Positions 46,821 to 55,522 of a stretch of DNA of 64,000 bases are shown here, piece by piece. The notes under the pieces are model-generated. The model was not told where the DNA came from. It worked only from the letters and a program-made list of their open reading frames with translations, and made no database searches. This stretch comes from a virus. Taxonomy: Duplodnaviria > Caudoviricetes. Each line of letters starts with the position of its first letter. Within the stretch, counting starts at the first letter, position 1. Location of the stretch: the IMG/VR virus record IMGVR_UViG_2934156241_000001, positions 1 through 64,000 of that record. One strand, given 5' to 3'. A program made the translations under genes and the position numbers.

Positions 46821-47216
46821 TTAAAGCCGATAGGCGATCTGTTCGTCTCGCAATGACTTCAGCATGTCCCTCAGCTCATTTTTTCGTTCGAGCGAGGTGT
46901 CTGGGTCGGCGATCTCGCCGCGAATCGTGGCAACCGCTTTTGCGTTCTTGCTGCGAATTTCGCGCTCCTCAAGTTTCGCGAACGTCCAGCTCGTGAGGAT
47001 CGTGAAGGCGATGGCTGCCACAGGGGCCAGGTAGAGAAAGCAGTCCTGCCAGAGGCTTGCGTCGTCTATGTGGTCGGCGATCGCAACGAGGCCGATGCCG
47101 CCCCCGGCGCCCCCGAAGGAAGCGCTCATCTGATCGTGATTGAAGACCTGTCGGTGTTGAGCAGACAGCGCATTTCCTGTGGTCGAGTGCCCGATTCCCG
47201 TGGCTTGATTTGGCAC
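46821..47216 (-). CDS. Two-TM protein with helical C-terminus (lower GC)
   Basis: Two hydrophobic segments; atypical codon usage. Confidence 0.6.
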   Translation of the reverse strand: MPNQATGIGHSTTGNALSAQHRQVFNHDQMSASFGGAGGGIGLVAIADHIDDASLWQDCFLYLAPVAAIAFTILTSWTFAKLEEREIRSKNAKAVATIRGEIADPDTSLERKNELRDMLKSLRDEQIAYRL

Positions 47217-47220
47217 CGGG

Positions 47221-47559
47221 TCACCTGTTCTTTTCGCCGTGCGAATTGCTCATCAAGTAGCGCTCGGCTTCACTCGGCTTTGATAGATCGAGCTTGAGTC
47301 GCCTATCTCCGATGGTCACCGTTGCCTGGCTCGGATGACGAGACCGGAGCCAGGCCACGATGACGCGAAACGCTGCTTGGGCGGCCGCTACGCCGCCGAA
47401 TGCGACTAGAAGGTCAAGGGCGTCCATTTCCCCCCCTGGTTGATCGATGCTGATCGTTCCGTGAGAGCCCACAGCGTGGTTGGGCCACGGCAACCCGCGC
47501 TCATCCTCCCGCACCGAATGTCTCGCCGTTCGGCGAACTCCAACAGTGGACCCGGCCAC
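47221..47559 (-). CDS. EACC1-like small protein (start uncertain)
   Basis: PGGEMDALDLLVAFGG...VAWLRSR....TVTIG. Confidence 0.55.
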   Translation of the reverse strand: MAGSTVGVRRTARHSVREDERGLPWPNHAVGSHGTISIDQPGGEMDALDLLVAFGGVAAAQAAFRVIVAWLRSRHPSQATVTIGDRRLKLDLSKPSEAERYLMSNSHGEKNR

Positions 47560-47606
47560 CTGCGTCTATCCTTCTGCGCCCTCTCCGTCGACCAGGGGAA
47601 ACAGAC

Positions 47607-48452
47607 ATGACTCAGGCCGCCTACCTGCGCACCGAGACGATCCCGCTCGCCCAACTCGCCCCGTTCCCCGGCAACGCCAAGAGGGGCGACGTCGGAACGA
47701 TCCTCACGAGCCTCTGCCACAACGGCCAATACCGCTCCCTCGTCGTCCGGGAGGTCGAGCCCGGCCGGTACGTCACCCTGACCGGGAACCACACCACCCA
47801 GGCCATCGCCGCCCACGGCCCCGGCGACTGTGGCATGACCGTCAAGACCGGGGACGAGGAACGCCCCTGCGGGATCTGCGGCAACCAGCCCTGGGAGCCC
47901 GTCGCCCGGTGCGAGGTCGTCGACTGCGACGAGGAAGCCGCCCGCCGCATCAACCTCGTGGACAACCGCAGCGCGGACCTCGGGACGTACGACGAACAGG
48001 CACTCGCGGAACTGATCGGCGGCCTCGACGACGTCGCCGGCACCGGCTGGAGCGACACGGACCTTGCGGACCTGCTGACCGCCATCGAGGAGGCCGCCGA
48101 CGAGGAGGTGTTCGCCGAGGAGGAGGAGCGGGCCCCGTCCACTGCTCCGGCCGCCACCCCCGGCGCCCCGGACACCGCCACCGGCGGGGCGACTGCGGCC
48201 GGCGACCACACCCCCACACCGCCCCCGCCCCCGGGCCGCGTACAGATGACACTGACCTACCCACCAGCTGACCGCGACGAGGCCGCGCGTCTCGTGTCCG
48301 CCGCCCGGGAGGTGTTCCCCGCCGACGGGGCACCGGAGATCATCCTCCGCGCGCTGCGCGCCCTCGCAGCCGTCCTGGACTCCCGGCACGCCCACGACGG
48401 CGTCGTCACCGTGTCCGCGCTGCTCAAGGCCGCCGGGGTCGAGCAGTCGTGA
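47607..48452 (+). CDS. ParB/Srx-like protein 1
   Basis: L.PFPGNAKRGDV..I..SL...GQYR.LVV...GNHT.QA...A.RINLVDNR. Confidence 0.85.
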   Translation: MTQAAYLRTETIPLAQLAPFPGNAKRGDVGTILTSLCHNGQYRSLVVREVEPGRYVTLTGNHTTQAIAAHGPGDCGMTVKTGDEERPCGICGNQPWEPVARCEVVDCDEEAARRINLVDNRSADLGTYDEQALAELIGGLDDVAGTGWSDTDLADLLTAIEEAADEEVFAEEEERAPSTAPAATPGAPDTATGGATAAGDHTPTPPPPPGRVQMTLTYPPADRDEAARLVSAAREVFPADGAPEIILRALRALAAVLDSRHAHDGVVTVSALLKAAGVEQS

Positions 48453-48834
48453 GCACCGTCCTGCTGGAGGCCCCCCAGGTCCGGCCCCGCCGACTGCGCC
48501 GCCCGGAACGCCTCCTCACCCAGAACAGCGAAGGCCGGGTTCCGGCGCCTGGTCGAGCCGGCGCCCCCCCAGGAACCTCCGGTGGGTGTTCTCGTACGGC
48601 GGGACGGAGGACCACCTCATCCGCCCCGGCGACCGCGTCGCCGACGTCTTCCCGGACGACGCCGCGATCCGGTCAGCGGGCTATCACTCCCAGGACGCGA
48701 GCGACCTCCTGGCCGTCCTCGGCCCGGCCCCTGTCGGCATCCCCGCGAACAGCATCCCGCAGTTCCGGCGCCGCATGGCCGGACGATCCTTCAGGGAGTG
48801 GCAGGCCGAGAGGGACGCAAGGCGGCGCCGGTAG
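48449..48834 (+). pseudogene. GP88-like gene remnant (internal deletion plus frameshift)
   Basis: LLTQNSE abuts FRRLVEP / RNLRWVFSYGG...DRVADVFP...VGIPAN in other frames. Confidence 0.6.
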
Positions 48835-49185
48835 ATCCGACGACGCGAGGTCGGAACACCGGAGCCCGAACCGCTTTCGATTCGAAAGTGACGCAGGTCA
48901 CAGGAGTCAATTTCGGGACGCGATCACTAGCCGGTACGCACCAACTCACAGGCAGGAATCCCTGTCGCGAACGACATTGGGAACCCTCGCCTGCGTTCAG
49001 CCTTCGATTCTCCGGGTGGGACATAGGGTTTGCAGCCCTGTAGTACAGGTGCGTGCCCTCAACTCCTGGCAATGCAAGGTAGCTTGAACGACGGAGAGCC
49101 ACCGCCGAACCTCCACCGGCTGGAGACCTTGAAGGTTGGGCGATGACTCCCGACAACTCGTCATTCCCTCAGGAGAAGGAGCAAC

Positions 49186-49341
49186 ATGCCCGAGACTACC
49201 GCGTCCCGATTCGGCGGCCCCGGCCCCGGCTGGCGCAGGGCGAAGAGACTCACGTGGCGCGCCGCTCTGGGCGCTTCGTATGCGGCCGGGGCGGGCATCG
49301 TGACGCTCGCGGTGAAGTGGGCGACCACCAGCCTCCTCTGA
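49186..49341 (+). CDS. 51-aa single-TM peptide (moron-like)
   Basis: AGGAGAAGGAG RBS; MPETTASRF...AALGASYAAGAGIVTLAVKWATTSLL; own terminator. Confidence 0.65.
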   Translation: MPETTASRFGGPGPGWRRAKRLTWRAALGASYAAGAGIVTLAVKWATTSLL

Positions 49342-49357
49342 CCGCCCAGCACCCAAT

Positions 49358-49383
49358 AGGGCCCCGCCTCGGCGGGGCCCTTT
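49358..49383 (+). terminator. Terminator
   Basis: AGGGCCCCGCC-TC-GGCGGGGCCCTTT. Confidence 0.8.
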
Positions 49384-49504
49384 CGCGTTCCGGTGAGACG
49401 ACTCCAGCGCCCCCGCTGTTCAAGAGTGAGGTTCGCCGCCGAATCGGATTCCCTGCTTCCGCTTATCCTCTTCCGCCGCCATCACGCGACGAGGGGATCA
49501 GGAC

Positions 49505-50245
49505 ATGCCACAGGCCACGTACGAGGGCACTGTCACCGTGCCGCTCGCCGACCTCCAGCCGTTCCCCGGCAACGCCAAACGGGGCGACGTCGGGACGCTC
49601 CTCGCGAGCCTGCGCCGCCACGGCCAATACCGCTCCCTCGTCGTCCAGCACGTCCACCCCCCGGCCCCGGAAATCAGCACGGACAGCGCCACCCACGTGG
49701 ACGCCCCACGCCGCCGGCTCGTCGTCCTCGCGGGCAACCACACCGCCCAGGCCCTGAACCTCCACGGCGCCGGCGACTGCGGCCAGCCCGTCCAGGACGA
49801 CACCGGCACCCGCCCCTGCGGGGTATGCGGCAACAACCCCGCATGGGAGCTGACCGCCCGGTGCGAGCTGGTCATCTGCGACGAGGACACCGCCCGCCGC
49901 ATCAACCTCGTGGACAACCGGTCCTCCGACCTGGGCTCATACGACGCGGACGCCCTGGCCGAGCTCCTGTCCTTCCTGGACAACGACTACGCCGGCAGCG
50001 GCTACCAAGAGGCCGACGTCACGCGCCTACTGGCCCCGCCCCCCTCCATGGAGGAGCTGGTCGACAGCTACCGCGACCCGGAGGACGAGGACATGTGGCC
50101 CGTCCTCCGCTTCACCGTGCCCCCCGAAGTCCGTGACCACTTCTACGACCTCACCGCCGACTGCCTGACCCCCGGCGACGACACCGCCCGCTTCCAGCAC
50201 CTCCTGGACCGCGTGGCCCCCACACCCCTCGGTGACGCCGTCTAG
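49505..50245 (+). CDS. ParB/Srx-like protein 2
   Basis: Same motifs as 47607-48452. Confidence 0.85.
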   Translation: MPQATYEGTVTVPLADLQPFPGNAKRGDVGTLLASLRRHGQYRSLVVQHVHPPAPEISTDSATHVDAPRRRLVVLAGNHTAQALNLHGAGDCGQPVQDDTGTRPCGVCGNNPAWELTARCELVICDEDTARRINLVDNRSSDLGSYDADALAELLSFLDNDYAGSGYQEADVTRLLAPPPSMEELVDSYRDPEDEDMWPVLRFTVPPEVRDHFYDLTADCLTPGDDTARFQHLLDRVAPTPLGDAV

Positions 50246-50291
50246 CGCCGCGTCCTCGAGTCCACCCACCACCAGCACGGGAGTGCCCCAC

Positions 50292-50984
50292 ATGACCGAC
50301 CAGGCCACCTACGTCCGTACCGTTGGTGTCGCCCTCGATGAGCTGACCCCGTTCCCCGGAAACGCAAAGCGCGGCAACGTCGACACAATCCTCAACAGCC
50401 TCCGACGCAGCGGCCAATACCGGGGCCTCGTCGTGAGGGAGATCCCGGACGGACCGCTGATCGTCCTCGCCGGTAACCACACGATGCAGGCCATCGCAGC
50501 CCACGGCCCCGGCAACTGCGGCCAGACCGTCAAGACAGGCCGCAAGACCCGACCGTGCGGCCTGTGCCAGAACGACCCGTCATGGGAGACCGGCGCCCGC
50601 TGCGAGATCGTCCGGTGCGACGAAGACACCGCCCGCCGCATCAACATCGTGGACAACCGAGCATCCGACCTCGGCACGTACGACTACGAGGCACTGTCCG
50701 AACTCCTCGCGGGCCTGGACGACCTCGACGGCACCGGCTACACCCCGCGCGACGTCGAAGACATCACCGCGCTGCTCACCGCCCCGCCGGACGAGGTGCA
50801 GGAGCTCGCCGACCACCACGGCGAACCCAACGAAGACATCTTCCGCCCCAAGATCAGCATGAGTGTGGACGCCGAGACGTTCGACCGGTGGCGCATCGCG
50901 CTGGACGCACACCCCGGCAATGACGATGAAGCCAAGCTGTCCGGCCTGCTGGACGAGGTCGAGCGCACCCGGGCCGCGGCATGA
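50292..50984 (+). CDS. ParB/Srx-like protein 3
   Basis: Same motifs; coupled to the DpdA-like gene. Confidence 0.85.
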   Translation: MTDQATYVRTVGVALDELTPFPGNAKRGNVDTILNSLRRSGQYRGLVVREIPDGPLIVLAGNHTMQAIAAHGPGNCGQTVKTGRKTRPCGLCQNDPSWETGARCEIVRCDEDTARRINIVDNRASDLGTYDYEALSELLAGLDDLDGTGYTPRDVEDITALLTAPPDEVQELADHHGEPNEDIFRPKISMSVDAETFDRWRIALDAHPGNDDEAKLSGLLDEVERTRAAA

Positions 50985-51919
50985 CCGGCGCCCGCTTCAC
51001 CGGCCTGGAACAGGACTTCAAGGCCCTGACCTCGTTCGCATTCTGGCGTCCCAAGCACATGGCCGACTTCGAGGCCAAGCTAGCCACACCAGTCAACATG
51101 ATCTTCGGGGACTCCGGCGCCCACACCGCCCGCACCATGGGCCTCCACCTGACCCTGGAGGACTACGCCGCGTGGTGCCAGAAGTGGGACCGTCAACTCA
51201 CCCTGTACGCGAACCTGGACGTCATCGGCGGCCCCGAGGCCACGTGGCGCAACCAGAAGGAACTGGAACTCGTCCACGGCCTGGAGCCGATCCCCGTGTT
51301 CCACACCGGAGACCCGTGGGAGTGGCTGGAGCGCTACCTGGACGAGGGCTATACGTACATCGCTCTCGGCAAGCTCCTCGGTAACCCGGTCAGCGAGGTG
51401 CTGCCGTGGATCGCGAAGGCCTTCCGCGTCGCCGGCGACCGCGCGGTCTTCCACGGCTTCGGCATGACCGTATGGCGCGCCCTGCGGGAGTTCCCGTTCT
51501 ACAGCGTGGACTCCTCGACATGGGGGTCCGGCTTCCGCTTCGGCGTCGTCAAGCTCTTCGACTCGGACCGGGCCACCTTCGTCAACCTGATGATGCGTGA
51601 CCGGCCAGCGCTGCTCCGGCACCGGGAGCTGGTCCGCGCCCACCACATCAACCCCATGAGCCTGGCGACCCGGGCCACCTACAACCGGACCGACGCCACC
51701 GTGCTCGCCGCCGTCGCGTGGCGCCGCGCCGAGGAATACCTCCGCGCCCGCCACGGCCCCATCACCATCCCCCCGGGCCCCCACAACCCCGTCACCCGGG
51801 GCGGACCCCGCACAGCCACCCCCGGCCTCCACCTGTACCTCGCGGAGGCCACCACCACCAACCTCTACCGAGCCGCGGCCGGCGTCCAGTCCGCCCGGCA
51901 GGAAGCGAGCACCACATGA
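50981..51919 (+). CDS. dpdA: TGT-fold DpdA-like deazaguanine transglycosylase
   Basis: DSGA, NLDVI, PVFH, HGFG, SVDSSTW; adjacent to que genes. Confidence 0.8.
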   Translation: MTGARFTGLEQDFKALTSFAFWRPKHMADFEAKLATPVNMIFGDSGAHTARTMGLHLTLEDYAAWCQKWDRQLTLYANLDVIGGPEATWRNQKELELVHGLEPIPVFHTGDPWEWLERYLDEGYTYIALGKLLGNPVSEVLPWIAKAFRVAGDRAVFHGFGMTVWRALREFPFYSVDSSTWGSGFRFGVVKLFDSDRATFVNLMMRDRPALLRHRELVRAHHINPMSLATRATYNRTDATVLAAVAWRRAEEYLRARHGPITIPPGPHNPVTRGGPRTATPGLHLYLAEATTTNLYRAAAGVQSARQEASTT

Positions 51920-52335
51920 CCACCAGCCCAGCGCCGGCCCTCCTGCGCACCGTCGAGGTCGGCCCCATCCCGATCTTCTTCACCAACGTCAACCGGCCCA
52001 TGGGACTACGCGCCCACTCCCACACCGGGGCCGTCACCGTCGTCTACGACACGACCGGCCGCCATGGCTACCCCTCGTTCGCCGTCACCAACGCCGCCCT
52101 GGAACGGCACATCCATGAGCTGACCCGCACTGTGTTCAAGGACGCCACCAACGAGGACATCGCGGATCGCCTGTTCGCCCACCTCGACGGCTACGTGGCC
52201 CGGGAGTGGGAGGAGTGGGGCGGGGACTACCGGCTCCACGCCATCCACCTGGACGTCATCGGCGTCCACGACGCGATCGGCCACGACAACTCCACCACCC
52301 GCTACACCGTCGCCCGCTCGCAGGGAGCCCACTGA
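51916..52335 (+). CDS. Divergent QueD-like T-fold protein
   Basis: GLRAHSHTG (HxH) and TNEDIA..LF, paralleling QueD LHGH and PTVENVA. Confidence 0.55.
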   Translation: MTTSPAPALLRTVEVGPIPIFFTNVNRPMGLRAHSHTGAVTVVYDTTGRHGYPSFAVTNAALERHIHELTRTVFKDATNEDIADRLFAHLDGYVAREWEEWGGDYRLHAIHLDVIGVHDAIGHDNSTTRYTVARSQGAH

Positions 52336-52760
52336 TGCCGCACTCCGTCAGCGTGAAGCACAACTTTGAGACGGGGCACCGGCTCCCACACCTCCCCGGG
52401 AAGTGCCAGTCCCTCCACGGCCACTCATGGTGGATGGAGGCCACCGTCGAGGCCCCGGCCCTCGACAACGGGCTCGTCGTGGAGTTCGGCCCCTTCAAGA
52501 AGCAGCTCCGCCGCTGGATCGACGAGCACCTGGACCACGGGCTCATGCTCGGCCCGGACGACGAGCTGCTGCCGCTGCTCTCCACGTACGGCAAGGTCCA
52601 CCAGGTGCCGGGCTGGCCCACCGTCGAGAACGTCGCCGCCCTCATCGCCCGCGTCGCCCAGGACGCGCTGCAGGACCTTGTGCGCGCGCCCGGCGCCCGG
52701 GTCACTCAGGTCCACGTGTCCGAGACCCATGTCAACGCCGCCACCTGGACCGCCGCATGA
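52335..52760 (+). CDS. queD: 6-carboxytetrahydropterin synthase
   Basis: FETGHRL...KCQSLHGHSW, LDH, PTVEN. Confidence 0.93.
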   Translation: MPHSVSVKHNFETGHRLPHLPGKCQSLHGHSWWMEATVEAPALDNGLVVEFGPFKKQLRRWIDEHLDHGLMLGPDDELLPLLSTYGKVHQVPGWPTVENVAALIARVAQDALQDLVRAPGARVTQVHVSETHVNAATWTAA

Positions 52761-53482
52761 CCGACACCCAGGCCGCGGCCACCCCCTGGCTCCTCGTCGC
52801 GGAGTGCTTCGGACCAACGATTCAAGGCGAGGGCCCGTCCACCGGGCGCCGGGCCAGCTTCCTGCGCCTCGGCGCGTGCAACCTGTCGTGCAACTGGTGC
52901 GACTCCGGCGAGACATGGGACGCCTCCCGCTTCAACCTCCGCGAGACGCTGACCCGCCGCCCCGTAACGGAGCTGGTCGACCGCCTCCTCGAGGCGGCAC
53001 CCGGCATCGTCGTCATCACGGGCGGGGAGCCGCTGCTCCACCAGAAACGCCCCGGCTGGATCACCCTCCTGGCCCGGCTGGAGGCCGCCGGGGTCGACAT
53101 CGAGGTCGAGACGAACGGCACCCTGGCACCCACCCCGCACACCGCCGCGCACGTCACCCGCTTCAACGTGTCCCCGAAGCTCGCCCACGCCGGCGACCCG
53201 GAGGACAAGCGGATCCGCCCCCAGGCCCTGGCCACCCTCGTCGCGACAGGCCGGGCCGCGTTCAAGTTCGTCTGCCGCACGGAGGCCGACGTCGACCAGG
53301 TCGCAGCCCACGCCCACACCCACAACCTTCCCCCGGACACGGTGTGGGTCATGCCCGAAGGCACCAACACCACGGAGCTGGACACCCGGCTCCGCGTCAT
53401 CGCAGACCCCGCCATCGCAGCGGGCTTCAACATCACAGGACGCCTCCACGTGAACGCGTGGGGCAACGAGAAGGGCCGATGA
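52757..53482 (+). CDS. queE: 7-carboxy-7-deazaguanine synthase (radical SAM)
   Basis: TIQGEG, CNLSCNWCD, TGGEPL, ETNGT, VSPK. Confidence 0.95.
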   Translation: MTDTQAAATPWLLVAECFGPTIQGEGPSTGRRASFLRLGACNLSCNWCDSGETWDASRFNLRETLTRRPVTELVDRLLEAAPGIVVITGGEPLLHQKRPGWITLLARLEAAGVDIEVETNGTLAPTPHTAAHVTRFNVSPKLAHAGDPEDKRIRPQALATLVATGRAAFKFVCRTEADVDQVAAHAHTHNLPPDTVWVMPEGTNTTELDTRLRVIADPAIAAGFNITGRLHVNAWGNEKGR

Positions 53483-54096
53483 CCATGACAACCGCCATGA
53501 CCCCCGTACGCAACGCCCCGGCCGCCCGCCGCAAGACGGTCACCGCCTACCGCAACGGCGTACGCGCCTGGCTCACCGGCCGCGGCCTCGACCCCGACAG
53601 CCCCGCCCTCATCGACACCCCGGACCGCGTACTCCGCGCCCTGGAGGAAATGACCGCCGGCTACACCGAGGACCCCGCCGAACACCTCGCCCGCACCTTC
53701 CCCGTCGACCACGACGGCGGCCCCATCATGGTCACCGGCGTCCCCTTCACGTCCCTGTGCGAACACCACATGCTCCCCTTCACCGGACACGCAGACATCG
53801 CCTACCAGCCCCACCCCGGCGACCCCGTAGCCGGCCTGTCCAAGCTCCCGCGCGTCCTGGACGTCTACGCCCGACGCCTCCAGACACAGGAACAGCTCAC
53901 CCAGCAGGTCACCGCCGCCCTCGACACCCACCTCCACCCCGTGGGCTCGGCCTGCGTCATCCGCTCCGAACACGGCTGCCTGGCACACCGAGGCGCCCGC
54001 AAGCCCGGCTCCGTCATGGTCACCGCCTCCTACACCGGTGCCTTCCTCGACGACCGGGAAGCCCGCGCCGAGCTCCACCGCCTGATGACCGGCTGA
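53479..54096 (+). CDS. folE: GTP cyclohydrolase I
   Basis: DTPDRV, SLCEHHMLPF, GLSKLPR, RLQTQE, HGC...RG. Confidence 0.95.
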   Translation: MTMTTAMTPVRNAPAARRKTVTAYRNGVRAWLTGRGLDPDSPALIDTPDRVLRALEEMTAGYTEDPAEHLARTFPVDHDGGPIMVTGVPFTSLCEHHMLPFTGHADIAYQPHPGDPVAGLSKLPRVLDVYARRLQTQEQLTQQVTAALDTHLHPVGSACVIRSEHGCLAHRGARKPGSVMVTASYTGAFLDDREARAELHRLMTG

Positions 54097-54179
54097 CGTG
54101 TCCCCGTGGGGCGAACGCGTCCCCATAAGCAACCTGTCCCCGAACCGCTGAAAACGTGCCCCCCGACAGGAGGCCACAC

Positions 54180-54599
54180 ATGCCCGCTTCCAAAGCCCAG
54201 CAGGCCGCCACCGCCGAGCGCCGCGCCAAGGCGATCACCATGCGTACGGCAGGGCTCGACTGGCAGACCATCACCGAGCAACTCGGCTACCGCGACCGCA
54301 ACACGGCGTGCAAGGACGTACGCCGCGCGCTGGAGGCCCGGCGAAAGGAGGAGGCCAAGGAGGCCGACGAGCTCAAGCAGATGACCGTGATCCGCTACGA
54401 CCGCCTACAGACCGCCTTCTGGGCCAAAGCGGTCAAGGGCGATACCAAGGCTGCCGAGGTCGTGCTGAAGTGCCTGTCCGGCCGAGCCCGGATCGAGGGC
54501 ACCGAGGCACCGGTCCGCGTGAACGTGGACGCGCAGCGACTGGGCGACGAGATCATGGCGCTCCTGGACGGCGCAGCCGACGACCCCGCAGCCTCGTGA
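54180..54599 (+). CDS. Putative terminase small subunit (HTH)
   Basis: ERRAKAITMR.AG..W..I..QLGY; upstream of terL. Confidence 0.7.
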   Translation: MPASKAQQAATAERRAKAITMRTAGLDWQTITEQLGYRDRNTACKDVRRALEARRKEEAKEADELKQMTVIRYDRLQTAFWAKAVKGDTKAAEVVLKCLSGRARIEGTEAPVRVNVDAQRLGDEIMALLDGAADDPAAS

Positions 54600-54736
54600 C
54601 CTGCCGTAACGACCGTGTACCAGAGGACCAGGGGCGAGATCCTGCCCCCTGGGGCGTCGATAACATTTCGGTCAAAGCCCCCGCGACGGGTGCCACCGTC
54701 GCGGGGTGCCAGACCCGGAGAGACGCGAGGTCCGAC

Positions 54737-55522
54737 ATGCCTGACCGTAGTTGCTCCACCTCACGTTGCGGCAAGCCCAACGCCCCACACCGCGCCCGGC
54801 TCGGCTCCGGGTACTGGTGCATGTCCTGCCTCGACCACTGGCGACGCCACGACGAGGACCCCGCACACCGGCAGGCCCTGCGCCCGGTCCTGGAGGCGTG
54901 CCCCGTGGTCGAGGACGGCGCCCCGTGTGGTCGCCCGGTCGTCGTGAAGCGCACCGGCTGGTGTGAGTCCCACCGCAAGGTCGCCTTGCGCAATGGCTCC
55001 CCGACCAGCCGCAAGAGGGCAGGCCGCGTTCGTCTGCTTGACCTCGTGCTCGGTGCCGCCCGGGCGGCGGACGAGGAGTGCATCATCCCGGCCGGGTGGG
55101 AGCAGCGCCCCATCGTCCGGCTCGAAGGCCAGCAGATGACTGCCGCCCGCGCCGTATGGACTCTCGCCCACGGCGACCCGGGCCAGGCGCACGTCCTGCA
55201 TACGTGCAACGAGGGGGACGGCTCCCACGGGTGCATCAGCATCCGACACCCGTACCTCGGCGACAACGACCAGAACACCCGCGACCGCATGGACGCGGAG
55301 CGGCAGGCGCGCGGCGAGGGGCACGGCAGACACATCCTGACCGTTGCCCAGGTGCAGGACATCCGAAGGCGGCACGTGCCCGGCACGGGCCCCTACAACC
55401 GGGGGAACACCCGGGACCTCGCCGGGGAATTCACGGTCGCCGAGTCCACCATTCGGGCCGCCGTCCGTGGCGACAACTGGGGATGGCTCCAGGGAGGAGC
55501 ACCGGGTGGCGACGACAGATGA
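54737..55522 (+). CDS. HNH endonuclease with N-terminal Zn fingers
   Basis: VLHTC...C....H...GDNDQN..DRM...R...GE.H...LT. Confidence 0.8.
   Translation: MPDRSCSTSRCGKPNAPHRARLGSGYWCMSCLDHWRRHDEDPAHRQALRPVLEACPVVEDGAPCGRPVVVKRTGWCESHRKVALRNGSPTSRKRAGRVRLLDLVLGAARAADEECIIPAGWEQRPIVRLEGQQMTAARAVWTLAHGDPGQAHVLHTCNEGDGSHGCISIRHPYLGDNDQNTRDRMDAERQARGEGHGRHILTVAQVQDIRRRHVPGTGPYNRGNTRDLAGEFTVAESTIRAAVRGDNWGWLQGGAPGGDDR

Noticed and set aside
47607-50984. Classical ParABS partition locus
   Set aside because: No ParA ATPase and no obvious ParB HTH; coupled to modification genes instead
50981-54096. Host queuosine tRNA-modification operon
   Set aside because: Lies in a prophage next to the terminase, lacks queA/queC/queF, and the transglycosylase lacks the C-terminal Zn motif of tRNA TGT
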